Positions 32,358 through 42,560 of a DNA stretch of 64,000 bases are shown here, piece after piece. The stretch is from assembly GCA_965214605.1 (NCBI GenBank), contig OZ243961.1:2592001-2656000 (forward strand), written 5' to 3'. Under the pieces are notes generated by a model that worked only from the letters and a program-made list of their open reading frames with translations, did no database searches and was not told the origin of the DNA. The translations under genes were made by a program, and so were the position numbers. This DNA comes from an uncultured Candidatus Binatia bacterium (lineage in GTDB: Bacteria; Desulfobacterota; Binatia; Bin18). How positions within the stretch are numbered: position 1 is the stretch's first letter; the number at the start of each line of letters is the position of its first letter.

Positions 32358-33104
32358 ATGACGCCCAGAGTATTCTTCCGACCCGGCTGAAGCTCGTGCG
32401 CCAAAACGAAAGAGTTGCTTTCGTCGTGGGGAGTTGCTTTTGAGGAGATCAATGTTGAGCAAGATCCGCAGGCAGGAGCCGAGCTCAAACGCCGCCAGGT
32501 CCCGCTCGTCCCGGCTGTTGCGCTTGGTGATCAGATTGTGCACGGCTGGGACCCGCCCGCCCTCGCCGCCTTGGTTGGCGTGGCTTATTCAGCTCCCCCA
32601 CAGCTTTCACCGCCGGAACTTGCCGTACAGCTTGACCGGATTCTGGAAGCCGCCCAACGGGCACTTCGGCCCCTCTCTGTCGAACAGCTGCAGACCACAG
32701 CTCCTGACCGCGCCCGAACGCTGCGTGATATCGGGTATCATATCTTTCGTCTCAGCCTCGGCTTTCACGACGCGGCCCAACAAGGACGCTTCCCGGCGGC
32801 CTGGCTGCTGGAAGCCGTGCCGACCGATATGGGCGATGGAGCAGCCCTGGCACGCTATGGAGAAACGGTGCGGGCCCGTCTGTCAGGCTGGTTTGCCACA
32901 CACCCCGGCCAGCCGTTTTCTGTCCCGGTGCAAACCTACTATGGACCTCAGTCTCTCCACGCCCTGTTGGAGCGGACCAATTGGCATGCGGTCCAACATC
33001 TGCGCCAGGTGTACGCCCTGCTAGAGACGGCTGGACTGACTCCCGAGCGGTCCCTCGGCGCCTGGGATTACGTTGGCCTGCCGCTGCCGGATTCGATTTG
33101 GTAA
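32358..33104 (+). CDS. Glutaredoxin (UxxC)-DinB fusion, probable selenoprotein (UGA codon 11)
   Basis: AGGAGG RBS, ATG 32358: MTPRVFFRPG-TGA(32388-90)-SSCAKTKELLSSWGVAFEEINVEQDP; Grx VP motif; DinB-like RDIGYHIF and WHAVQHLRQ. Confidence 0.85.
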
Positions 33105-33123
33105 GAGAGGCAACGTCGTATCC

Positions 33124-34143
33124 ATGATCAGTGTTCTTGTCCTGTTCAAACGCATCATCAGAACGCTCCGCAAGGATAGACTGGACCGCGTCGTGCTGGC
33201 TCTGGTGGTGATCACGCTTGTCGGCATGCTGGGCATGGCCTACTTTGACTCTCTGCCTTTGGCCGACTCGCTCTGGTGGACAATTGTGACCATTACCACT
33301 GTTGGCTACGGGGATATTTCTCCGGCATCTCTGGGCGGGAGGATTGTTGGCGTGTTGCTGATGCTGTTTGGCATTGGCTTTCTGGGCCTGTTGACGGCGA
33401 CCCTGGCCAGTAGCTTTGTTGAGGAACGACGGCAGGAGGGAAAAGGCGTGAATCCGGTACATGTGGCTCAGCATCTGCTGCTGTGCGGCTGGAGTTATAA
33501 AGCTAAGGAAATTGTCGAAGAGGTCCGGGCCGATGATGCAGTCCAGATCCGTCCGGTGGTCCTGATCGCCGAGTTGACGGAAAAACCCCTGGAAGATGAC
33601 CAGGTGTACTTTGTGACTGGAGCGGTCACGCAGCAGACCCTGTATAAGGCGAACGCTGGGCAGGCCCAGGCGGCCATTGTCTTATCCGATGAGAGTATTG
33701 AGGCCCATACCAGAGACGCCAAGACCATTCTGGACACACTGACGATCAAGTCGACATATCCAGACCTATACACCAGTGTGGAGCTGGCCGACTCCAAAAA
33801 TGTCGAACACTGCCGGTTGGCCAAGGCCGATGAGATTATTGTCTCGGGCGAGCTGAGTACCAATCTTCTCGTGCGAGCCAGCTTCGACCACGGCGTGACG
33901 CAAATTATTACCGAGCTGGTGAGCAACCGCTTTGGGAGTGAAATTTATAAAACCGTACCGCCCCCCAAATGCGTGGGCCGACCTTTCCTTGAGGTGTTGA
34001 CCCTGTTGAAGATGGACCACAATATTATTGTTGTGGCGGTTGAGAGCGCCAAACAAGGACACTTTCTTGCGAACCCTCCGAATAGCTATATAATTGACGA
34101 AAGAGATCGTCTCGTCGTGGTTGGCAAAGATCGTCAGGCGTAG
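33124..34143 (+). CDS. Two-TM potassium channel with RCK/TrkA domain
   Basis: TITTVGYGD filter; HLLLCGWS RCK start; C-terminal TrkA-C. Confidence 0.92.
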   Translation: MISVLVLFKRIIRTLRKDRLDRVVLALVVITLVGMLGMAYFDSLPLADSLWWTIVTITTVGYGDISPASLGGRIVGVLLMLFGIGFLGLLTATLASSFVEERRQEGKGVNPVHVAQHLLLCGWSYKAKEIVEEVRADDAVQIRPVVLIAELTEKPLEDDQVYFVTGAVTQQTLYKANAGQAQAAIVLSDESIEAHTRDAKTILDTLTIKSTYPDLYTSVELADSKNVEHCRLAKADEIIVSGELSTNLLVRASFDHGVTQIITELVSNRFGSEIYKTVPPPKCVGRPFLEVLTLLKMDHNIIVVAVESAKQGHFLANPPNSYIIDERDRLVVVGKDRQA

Positions 34144-34156
34144 GAGGAAAGCAGGT

Positions 34157-34555
34157 ATGTCCTCAGAGTATTTTGAGACGGTAAAGACATTTTTGTTAGA
34201 CTTGGGTTATGCGGTGACAGAGGAAGACCCGGACCAGCAATTGGTACTTGTCCGGGATGAAGAAAATGGGATTACCGATCTGATCGTGGATTGTGAAGAT
34301 CCGATTCTCATCCTTGAGCAGATGATCTTGCCGGTTCCGAGCAATCCGGGCGCGCTGTTTGAGCGGTTGCTCCAAATGAACCGGACGCTCGTCCATGGCG
34401 CGTTTGTGTTGGACGAGACCAGCAAAATGGTGTTGTTTCGGGATACGTTGCGCCTAGAAAACCTGGATATGAACGAATTAGAAGGCTCTATTGAAGCGCT
34501 CAGCTTGGCCCTGGCCGAAAATGCCGACGAGTTGTTGGCCTTTAGCAAACAATGA
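34157..34555 (+). CDS. YbjN/CesT-like chaperone-fold protein
   Basis: LLQMNRTLVHGAFVLD...FRDTL; position before pspA. Confidence 0.72.
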   Translation: MSSEYFETVKTFLLDLGYAVTEEDPDQQLVLVRDEENGITDLIVDCEDPILILEQMILPVPSNPGALFERLLQMNRTLVHGAFVLDETSKMVLFRDTLRLENLDMNELEGSIEALSLALAENADELLAFSKQ

Positions 34556-34567
34556 GGGAGACCACCT

Positions 34568-35287
34568 ATGGCAAGTGTTTTTCAGCGACTGTTTAAGTTC
34601 GGACAATCCGAGGCGCACGCGGCTCTCGATAAATTTGAAGACCCGATAAAAATGACCGAGCAGGGGATCCGCGATCTCAAGCGTGACCTCCAGGCAAGTA
34701 TGAGCAGTTTGGCCGAGGTCAAAGCCATTGCCATCCGGCTCAGACGGGACACCGATAACAATAAAAGCATGGCCGCCGAGTACGAGCGCAAGGCCATGAT
34801 GCTGCTCCAAAGAATGCAAAACGGCGCGCTTGACCAGACCGAGGCGGAGCGCTTGGCCGGGGAAGCCCTGCGGCGCAAAGAAGAGTGCCTGGAAAAGGCC
34901 ACTCGTACACAAAAGGACTGGGAAACGCAGGATACCATGGCTTCCCAGCTCCAGGGGAAAATCGAGAAGCTCAAATCAACCGTCTCAAAGTATGAAAACG
35001 ATCTGGTCACCCTCAAAGCGCGGGCCAAAACCGCGGCTTCGACCAAGAAGATCAATCAGCAGCTGTCCAAGATCGATTCATCTGGCACGATCGCCATGCT
35101 GGAAAAGATGCGCACCAAGGTTGAAGAAGACGAGTCGCTAGCCCAGGCTTACGGCTCAATAGCCGATGCCGACCAGACCATTGAGGACGAGATTGACAGC
35201 GCGCTGACCTCCAAAACCGCGCCGGCGACCAGCAGCGCCCTGGCCGACCTGAAGGCCAAAATGGGGATTATCGCCGCCGGCTCATAG
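34568..35287 (+). CDS. pspA: PspA/IM30 family protein
   Basis: VFQRLFK...EDPIKMTEQGIRDL, long coiled coil, LADLKAKMG. Confidence 0.9.
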   Translation: MASVFQRLFKFGQSEAHAALDKFEDPIKMTEQGIRDLKRDLQASMSSLAEVKAIAIRLRRDTDNNKSMAAEYERKAMMLLQRMQNGALDQTEAERLAGEALRRKEECLEKATRTQKDWETQDTMASQLQGKIEKLKSTVSKYENDLVTLKARAKTAASTKKINQQLSKIDSSGTIAMLEKMRTKVEEDESLAQAYGSIADADQTIEDEIDSALTSKTAPATSSALADLKAKMGIIAAGS

Positions 35288-35304
35288 CACAAAGGAGAAC
35301 GCTG

Positions 35305-35856
35305 GTGGCATTCCGGGACTGGTTAAAGGGCTTGTTTGCCGACAAAGAGCCAGAGCTAGATCCACTTGAGCTTTCCCTGGCCGACCTGAAAAAGGGCTAT
35401 CTGGTCGACTACGACCTCAAAACCTGGCAGGTCGCCAGTCACAATACCTATGACTTTGACGGTGACCGAGCCGAGGAGTGGGAACTGTTCTCGGGTGATG
35501 ACCGCTGCTATCTCGGCGTTGAGCGGGACGACGAGGACGAGTGGTCAATCAGCCGCAAGATTGCGTTTTCGGCGCTCGGCACAGAGATTAAAGACCACTT
35601 GATCAAGCACGACGACCCGCCTGGGACAATTGTGTACGATGGGACCCGTTACACCCTTGAAGAGAGCGGCGCAGGGCATTTCTTTGCCGATGGCCGGGTA
35701 GCGGGCGATGAGATGATCTACTGGGATTACACGGACGAGACGGGTGAGAAACTACTTACCCTCGAACAGTGGGGCGAGACCGAGTTTGAAGCCTCTGTTG
35801 GCAAGACGGTTCAGGCCTACGAATTTCGGAATATTTTGCCCAAGCACCAGGGGTGA
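35305..35856 (+). CDS. DUF4178-like protein
   Basis: LKKGYLVDYDLKTWQV, YWDY, LTLEQWGETEFE; context after pspA. Confidence 0.7.
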   Translation: MAFRDWLKGLFADKEPELDPLELSLADLKKGYLVDYDLKTWQVASHNTYDFDGDRAEEWELFSGDDRCYLGVERDDEDEWSISRKIAFSALGTEIKDHLIKHDDPPGTIVYDGTRYTLEESGAGHFFADGRVAGDEMIYWDYTDETGEKLLTLEQWGETEFEASVGKTVQAYEFRNILPKHQG

Positions 35857-36305
35857 CGAGGGGATGTCGAAACGGCGGCCCATCATCTCGGTGCGCTTCC
35901 CCGGAAAATGAATGCCCCTGGGTTCTTGGAGTTTTTCCAGCGGAACTCGGCGTAGCCCCCCAGACCCCGTCATGCCACCAACGGGTGGGGAAACAGGCCG
36001 TCGAACCTTCCCCCTGATCGGATTCACGCGCGCTCCCCAGCGGCGCCAAACGCCCGCCTGCCCTCACCCGGCTCACACTTGATGGAAGACGGGGGTGAAG
36101 AATCTCTGCCGCTCTCCTCAAGATTGGGTGGGAGAACTGCAAGCCGTGTTGACGTCCCTAGGCCGTAAGAGTCTCTCGACAATGGGACCCGGCTGCCCCC
36201 CAAGAGAGCAGAGCACACGATCTCCCCCATCCTCAGACCGAGGTGGGGGGTCTGGACAATCCGACGACGAGCTGCGGTGGACCGCGGGGAGTGCTTGGAG
36301 AGCTC

Positions 36306-37850
36306 TTAATACACCTCCCAGCGGCCGCGTCTATAATACTCGTGTAGAACCGGCTGGAGTTCGTTGTTCACACTGATCTGAGTGCTGTCGTCAAAAACAC
36401 CCTTGCCAAAGTGGGTCATGGACAGGAGTGCCTCTTGGTTGAGAAAGCGCGTCTCAAGATGATCAAAGGACAGCCCTAAGAGGGCCTCCTTGAGGGCCTT
36501 GTGCTCCATCAGGCTTGCGTCCACCCCCAACACAAATCCCCACTCCCCCATCGTTGGAATGTGGTTGTGGTAGGCCAGCGGACTCAGGCCGGCCGCTTGG
36601 AACGTCTTGTAGATACACACAAACGCCTTACGGGTAAACGATGGACTCGTTGCCTGGGTTACAACCACCCCGCCCCGTTTGAGCTGTTTTTTGCACAGGC
36701 GGTAGAAGTCGAGCGAGTACAGACGCGCCAGAACAACGGAATTTGGATCTGGCAGGTCAATGATAATCACATCAAAGAGCCGCCGGGCCGTCTGTAAAAA
36801 GGTGAACGCATCGGCGTGCACAATTTCAACCCGGGGATCGCTCAGGGCGTTGTCGTTGAGCTGGACGAGGACCGGATGCGAAGCTGCCAGTTCAGTCATG
36901 GCCGGGTCGAGATCAACAAGGGTGAGGCGGCTGACCGCCGGATATTTGAGAACTTCCCGCGCCGCCAGTCCGTCCCCCCCGCCCAGAATCAGCACCTCGT
37001 ATCCATCGGTCATCAACGATTTGCCGACGAGGCTCAGAGCGGGGTGAACTAAGGGCTCATGATAGCGCTCCTCGTCATAGCTGCTGAACTGCTGGTTGCC
37101 GTTGATGTACAGCCAGTAATACTCTCGCCAGCGCGTCATGACCAGCCGCTGGTAGGTCGTCTGTTTCACTAAGATGATGGTATCTTTGTAGAGCGCTTGC
37201 TCGCCAAACAAGACAATCGGTTTGGCCCACGCAGCAAGGATGAAGAGACCGCTGCTCACCCCGACCCACAGCCCCAACATGAGTCGCGGGCGGGCAAACA
37301 CGGACCGAAAGCGAAACACAAACACGGAGGCGACGACAAAATTCACCACTCCTAGCGCAATCGGGGTATAGGTCAGGCCGAGATACGGCAGGGCTACAAA
37401 GGCAAAGACGAGGCCACCCACCAAGGCTCCGTAATAGTCCTTTTCCAGGACCGAGGAGATATTCACCCGCAGTTCTTCATAGCCGGCGTTGACACGGGTG
37501 ATGAGCGGGATTTCCATGCCGATCAACAGGCCAATAGCAATCGCCAAGGGGTAGATCACGACCCCGGCATTGTTCACAAACGCAGAGAGGGCATAGCTGG
37601 CGGCGGCCGCACTCGCGCACAGGAGCGACAGGCCGAATTCGATAACGGTAAAGGTATCAAGCAGCGCAGCGCTAAAGGAGCGGCTCAGACGGCTTCCCAC
37701 CCCCATAGCAAACAGCATCAGCGACATCAGCAGGGTCCACTGAAGCGTGGCATTGCCGAGAAAGTAGCTGGCCAGGGTACACAGCACAAACTCGGCCACA
37801 ATGCCTGCGCAGCCAGTGGCAAACAGGCACAGCTTCAGCAGGCTAGACAC
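36306..37850 (-). CDS. speE: Membrane-anchored spermidine synthase-like aminopropyltransferase
   Basis: N-terminal multi-TM domain; YHEPLVHP, LILGGGDG, IIDLPDP. Confidence 0.85.
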   Translation of the reverse strand: MSSLLKLCLFATGCAGIVAEFVLCTLASYFLGNATLQWTLLMSLMLFAMGVGSRLSRSFSAALLDTFTVIEFGLSLLCASAAAASYALSAFVNNAGVVIYPLAIAIGLLIGMEIPLITRVNAGYEELRVNISSVLEKDYYGALVGGLVFAFVALPYLGLTYTPIALGVVNFVVASVFVFRFRSVFARPRLMLGLWVGVSSGLFILAAWAKPIVLFGEQALYKDTIILVKQTTYQRLVMTRWREYYWLYINGNQQFSSYDEERYHEPLVHPALSLVGKSLMTDGYEVLILGGGDGLAAREVLKYPAVSRLTLVDLDPAMTELAASHPVLVQLNDNALSDPRVEIVHADAFTFLQTARRLFDVIIIDLPDPNSVVLARLYSLDFYRLCKKQLKRGGVVVTQATSPSFTRKAFVCIYKTFQAAGLSPLAYHNHIPTMGEWGFVLGVDASLMEHKALKEALLGLSFDHLETRFLNQEALLSMTHFGKGVFDDSTQISVNNELQPVLHEYYRRGRWEVY

Positions 37851-38688
37851 ACCAGATGATCAGGAAAGATGCGCCCACATAGGAGAACATCTCCAGACAG
37901 GCCACGCCGAGATGGGGCTGGTCTTGTTCGACGAGCTTGGCCGAGATGCTAGTGCCGGGCAGCAAGATCTTGTCCGTTGCGAAACGAACCACGGGCAGGA
38001 AGAGGAGCCCGACTAGGGCATAGCTGCCAAAGGCCATAAAATTGCTCTGCCAGGAGAAGAATTCCTCGCTAGCGGCAAAGCCTAAGATGTTGCCCATTGC
38101 AATGAGGGCTCCGGCAAAGCTGACCCCAACCGCGACATTATCACGCTCAATCTCGCTATGAATGCTATAGGGGGTAATCCACTCGTACATCAGCCCGGTG
38201 AGTATCAGCCCGAGCTGCCCCACGCTCCAGAAGGCCAGCGCGGTCCAGATCGTTCCGGTTTCACCGGACAAGGCGCCAAACAGGATGAGACCAGTGGCAA
38301 TATATATCCCGGCTTCGGTTATGCCGGTGCCCGCATTATGGTCGTGGATGATTTCCTTTTCGTTCTCGAACTGAAACAAAATCAGCTTATCGCTGACCAC
38401 GGTTGAGATGTTGAGGAGGACGATGCCCAAGGGACCGTATAGGAGGATATCGACCACATCTTCCACTAGACCGTGTGACGGACCGCTGAGCACCCCGCCG
38501 ATGGTCAAAATCAGTCCCAAGTAATAGCCGACCAGCGCCAAAGCCAGGGCAACATTATCGTTGTCCACGAGCTCTTCTTTGACACGGAACCCACGGTGCA
38601 GCAGATCAAAAACCCGCTTGCCAAGCCAAAACAAGGCGTAGGCACAGAGGAGATAGAAAAAGGCGAGGATGAGGGAATCGAGAGTCAT
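37843..38688 (-). CDS. DUF350 (duplicated) membrane protein
   Basis: Repeated EL/EI..DNVA(L/V) motifs in a multi-TM protein. Confidence 0.75.
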   Translation of the reverse strand: MTLDSLILAFFYLLCAYALFWLGKRVFDLLHRGFRVKEELVDNDNVALALALVGYYLGLILTIGGVLSGPSHGLVEDVVDILLYGPLGIVLLNISTVVSDKLILFQFENEKEIIHDHNAGTGITEAGIYIATGLILFGALSGETGTIWTALAFWSVGQLGLILTGLMYEWITPYSIHSEIERDNVAVGVSFAGALIAMGNILGFAASEEFFSWQSNFMAFGSYALVGLLFLPVVRFATDKILLPGTSISAKLVEQDQPHLGVACLEMFSYVGASFLIIWCV

Positions 38689-38703
38689 GGCCTATTGAGT
38701 CGT

Positions 38704-39411
38704 CTATTTACCAGAACCGAAGCTGCGGGAGCGAAACGAGGAGCTGCTGCTGCGCCCTACCCGGCTTTGGAACTTTTGGCGAAACCGCTGCTGACTCGCC
38801 ACCTCGCGCGTTTGGCGGCGCTCAAAAAAATCCGGGTTGCTCTGTTTGGTTCTCGTGCCGTTGGTGCCGTACTCGCGACCGGTCCGGCCGTAGTAGGGAC
38901 GCCTTTGGTCCCGGTAACTGCGGTATCGGTCATAATCCCGGCGAAAGATAGATCCTCCGGCCAAACCGAGCACGTCTCTGAGCAGCGCGTATTTGCCATA
39001 AAACTCCCAAAAGGAGCTGCCGCTGCTATCGGTCTTCCACTGCCCGTATTTTTCGTTGCCAACGTAGTGGTAGGGGGCCGGATGGGGGGTGGTATTCTCT
39101 TGCTCCTTGTTCTTTGAAGCTAGGCTCAGGCCGAGGAAGTTTTCATTTCTTCGATAGAACTGTTCGGAAATCTCAAGCCATTTGGTTGACCAGACCTGCT
39201 CGCCCTGCAAGACCTTGTATTTATGGTAATATGCTGGAAAGAAGATGCCCTCCTCACGCATATCCTCCAAGATGATAGTGTACTCGGGCGCGTCGCGCAG
39301 TTGGGCTTTAAGATTGTCGAGAGGAGACAAGGAGCTAGAACAGCCTGACGACACCAGGCCGATGATCAGGAACAGGCCGAGGAGGCTCGGGGTGGAGAAG
39401 ATACGACGCAT
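38704..39411 (-). CDS. Putative lipoprotein with Arg/Ser/Gly-rich tail
   Basis: Lipobox-like VSSG-C; YVGNEKYGQW, SFWEFYGKY; tail RSRSFGSGK. Confidence 0.7.
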   Translation of the reverse strand: MRRIFSTPSLLGLFLIIGLVSSGCSSSLSPLDNLKAQLRDAPEYTIILEDMREEGIFFPAYYHKYKVLQGEQVWSTKWLEISEQFYRRNENFLGLSLASKNKEQENTTPHPAPYHYVGNEKYGQWKTDSSGSSFWEFYGKYALLRDVLGLAGGSIFRRDYDRYRSYRDQRRPYYGRTGREYGTNGTRTKQSNPDFFERRQTREVASQQRFRQKFQSRVGRSSSSSFRSRSFGSGK

Positions 39412-39516
39412 TGTGTGTCCTTGTCACCGGCCATACTTAGGATGAACAAACTTGGGGTCGGCGTCAAGCTGAAGGGACACGAGGAATGACGGAGCATTCC
39501 TCGTTCTACCAAGACC

Positions 39517-39876
39517 ATGTCTAAAATAGGAACCCATCTGCTGGCCGACCTGTATGGGATAGACCTGGCTCTGCTGAGAGACGAGGGAGTGCTGCTCGGC
39601 GTCTTTCGCGCCGCGCTTGACAACGCCGGTTTTACCGTGCTCTCCCACCTCAGCCACCGCTTTGCCGACGGCGGACAAGGCGTGACCGGTATGTTTCTGT
39701 TGTCCGTATCCCACGCTACCTTCCACACCTTCCCTGAACACGGCTATATGGCGGTGGATATTTTTTCGTGTGGCAGCGCCGATCCACACGCGGTGCTCGG
39801 CGTCCTGACCAAGACCTTTGCGCCCCACACCGTGCGCACCCAGCGGGCGGACAGGGGGAAGAAAGACGGGGCGTGA
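39517..39876 (+). CDS. speD: S-adenosylmethionine decarboxylase proenzyme
   Basis: GTHLLADLYG, GVTGMFLLSVSHATFHTFPE, AVDIFSCG. Confidence 0.82.
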   Translation: MSKIGTHLLADLYGIDLALLRDEGVLLGVFRAALDNAGFTVLSHLSHRFADGGQGVTGMFLLSVSHATFHTFPEHGYMAVDIFSCGSADPHAVLGVLTKTFAPHTVRTQRADRGKKDGA

Positions 39877-39912
39877 CCAAGACCGGGCCGAGGTGCGCCG
39901 GGACCCGCCTCC

Positions 39913-40884
39913 CTAGTCGGCTTTGATCTTCTTAATCTCCTCGGTCAGCTCTGGCACGGCCTGAAACAGGTCAGCCACTAAACCGTAATCGGACACATTG
40001 AAGATCGGGGCTTCAGGATCTTTGTTGATTGAGACAATGATCTTGGAGTCCTTCATCCCCGCTAAGTGCTGAATGGCCCCGGAGATACCGACCGCAAAGT
40101 ACAGCTCGGGCGCAACCACCTTCCCGGTCTGGCCGACTTGCAGGTCATTTGGCACAAAGCCGGCATCCACCGCCGCCCGACTAGCCCCCATGGCGGCGCC
40201 CATGGCGTCAACGAGGGGCTCAAGATACTCTTTGAAGTTCTCTCCGGACTTCAGGCCTCGACCGCCGGAAATCACAATACTCGCGTCGGTGAGCGTCGGC
40301 CGGTCAGAGGTAATCTCGTTAAAGGCAACAAATCGCATCTGCTGGTCGGCCGCCTCGAAGCGTACCTCAACCCCTTCAACTGGCGATTGGTCGCCCGGCT
40401 GGGCGGCGTCAAATGCCGTGCCACGCACAGATACGACCTTGACCGCCCCGTCCAGAGATACCCTTGCGATGGCATTGCCAGCATACATCGGACGCTGAAA
40501 CGTCCCGTCGTCATGAATCCCCACGATGTCGCTGGCCATCCCGACACCAAGACGGGCGGCGACACGGGGAAGCACATCTTTGCCCTGAGCGGTGGATGTT
40601 GCGAGCAGGAGCGAGACATCGTGGCGAGTGATCAGCTGTTCGAGTGCGGCGGCATACACATCGGCCAGATAGGTGACCAGTGCCGGGTCGTCCGCGGCCA
40701 GGACTTTGGCCGCGCCATAGCCGGCCGCTTGTTGCGCCACCCCATCCACCTCAGAGCCCAGGACCGCGACTAGCACGTCTCCGCCGAGTTTTCCGGCCGC
40801 CTCTTTGCCGGCCTGAATAGCGATCAGCGTGCTCTTTGGTAACTGTCCGTTTTTTGTTTCGGCATAGACAAGTATATTCCCCAT
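39913..40884 (-). CDS. etfA: Electron transfer flavoprotein alpha subunit
   Basis: [33 protein letters not shown]. Confidence 0.96.
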   Translation of the reverse strand: MGNILVYAETKNGQLPKSTLIAIQAGKEAAGKLGGDVLVAVLGSEVDGVAQQAAGYGAAKVLAADDPALVTYLADVYAAALEQLITRHDVSLLLATSTAQGKDVLPRVAARLGVGMASDIVGIHDDGTFQRPMYAGNAIARVSLDGAVKVVSVRGTAFDAAQPGDQSPVEGVEVRFEAADQQMRFVAFNEITSDRPTLTDASIVISGGRGLKSGENFKEYLEPLVDAMGAAMGASRAAVDAGFVPNDLQVGQTGKVVAPELYFAVGISGAIQHLAGMKDSKIIVSINKDPEAPIFNVSDYGLVADLFQAVPELTEEIKKIKAD

Positions 40885-40894
40885 GAGAGGCTCC

Positions 40895-41650
40895 TCAGAT
40901 CGCTTTTGCTTCGGTGTGCAGCAGCTCGACAAGTTCTTGAACCGACTCGACAATTTTGCCGGCCTCTTTCTTAGGTGGCGGCTGCATGGACTGCACGCTG
41001 AGGTGCAGAGTGGTGTCCGTGCCAAGGTCCGCCAGCGGAATCTCTTTGATCTCTTTTTTGCGCGCCTTCATAATACCCGGCAGCGAGGCGTAGCGCGGCT
41101 CGTTGAGGCGCAGGTCAGCGGTGACCAGACCCGGCAAGGCAAAGGCGATGGTTTCTAAACCGCCGTCCACCTCACGCACCACCTCGACCGACTGTTGATC
41201 GTCGGACACGTTGACCTCAGAGGCAAACGTCGCCTGCGGCCAGCCCAGCAGGGCGGCTAGCATCTGTCCGGCTTGATTTGAGTCGTCGTCAATCGCCTGT
41301 TTGCCCATGAGGACGAGGTCTGGGCTCTCGCTGTCGACGAGCTTGGCCAGCACCCGCGCCACGCCAAGGGGGTCGAGATCTTGATCGGTCAGCACCAACA
41401 GGGCTCGGTCGGCTCCCATTGCCAGCCCAGTCCGGAGCTGTTCGGTATTGACCTTTTGGCCAATGCTGGCCAGGATCACTTCACTGCCGCCGACTTGTTC
41501 CTTGAGTCGGAGTCCTTCCTCAATCGCGATTTCATCAAAAGGGTTGATTACATACTTCACATTATCCGTGACAATTCCCGAGTTGTCGGAATTGATCCGA
41601 ATCGTGGTCTCTGGGTCGGGCACCCGCTTGACTGTAACAAGTATCTTCAC
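40895..41650 (-). CDS. etfB: Electron transfer flavoprotein beta subunit
   Basis: [42 protein letters not shown]. Confidence 0.96.
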   Translation of the reverse strand: MKILVTVKRVPDPETTIRINSDNSGIVTDNVKYVINPFDEIAIEEGLRLKEQVGGSEVILASIGQKVNTEQLRTGLAMGADRALLVLTDQDLDPLGVARVLAKLVDSESPDLVLMGKQAIDDDSNQAGQMLAALLGWPQATFASEVNVSDDQQSVEVVREVDGGLETIAFALPGLVTADLRLNEPRYASLPGIMKARKKEIKEIPLADLGTDTTLHLSVQSMQPPPKKEAGKIVESVQELVELLHTEAKAI

Positions 41651-41681
41651 CGATTCATTCCTCCTCAGAAGAGCATGCCGT

Positions 41682-42458
41682 TTAGTTAGGATAGCCCAAG
41701 CGGCTTGATAACTCGTGGCCGGCCCTTATCGCCAGTGGGATGATCTCGCGTTCCGTCCGCTCAGGGGGGATACGATAGGCGGGCCCACTGACCGCCAAAC
41801 TGCCGACGACCGTACGCGTATAATCCTTGATTGGGACGGCGACGCTGCGGATGTCGGCCACATATTCGCCATTATCGACCGCGTAGCCGTTGCTGGCAAT
41901 CGCGCCTAACTGCTCAATAAGAACCGGCCGGTCAGTAATCGTCCGTTGGGTGTGCTGGGGCAGCTCGTCGAGCAGGACGCGTTGGATCTCTTCGGCCGGC
42001 TCAAAGGCGAGATGGACCTTACCCACCGCCGTACAGTGTAAGGGGAGGTTTTCGCCGACCTGCGACACAATCCGAATCGGCTGGTCGGATTCAACCATAT
42101 CAAGCGGCACGACTGTTCCTTTACGCATGACGGCCACGTAAGCACTCTCTCGACAGTCTCTCACCACCTCGGCCATGATCGGCCGGGCTTGTTGGAGCAA
42201 GCCCATATGCTGAATATAGGTCTGACCCAACTGGAGACACTTTGTTCCCAAACGGTAGTTCTCAGTTGAGCGATTCTGTTCTATATAGTCACGGGATTCC
42301 AGAGTTGCCAGAATACGGAAAACATTGTTTTTGTGCAGATTCAGCCGTTTGCTCAGCTCGGTAACGCCCAGCTCTCCATCGTTATGGAACTGTTCCAACA
42401 CATCCAAAGCCCGTATCACGGCTTGGATGATGTAGTTGCTTTTTTCACGGAGAACCAT
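41682..42458 (-). CDS. IclR-family transcriptional regulator
   Basis: N-terminal HTH (GVTELSKRLNLHKNNVFRIL), PLHCTAVGK, SVAVPI. Confidence 0.92.
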   Translation of the reverse strand: MVLREKSNYIIQAVIRALDVLEQFHNDGELGVTELSKRLNLHKNNVFRILATLESRDYIEQNRSTENYRLGTKCLQLGQTYIQHMGLLQQARPIMAEVVRDCRESAYVAVMRKGTVVPLDMVESDQPIRIVSQVGENLPLHCTAVGKVHLAFEPAEEIQRVLLDELPQHTQRTITDRPVLIEQLGAIASNGYAVDNGEYVADIRSVAVPIKDYTRTVVGSLAVSGPAYRIPPERTEREIIPLAIRAGHELSSRLGYPN

Positions 42459-42560
42459 GCTTCCTCCTGACACCACGGACTATAAGCAAATAACGTTCTA
42501 CTTTAGTAGATGTCTTTTCCTTTTGTCAACACGGTCCGGTCCCTGAGCGGGAGAGACGCA

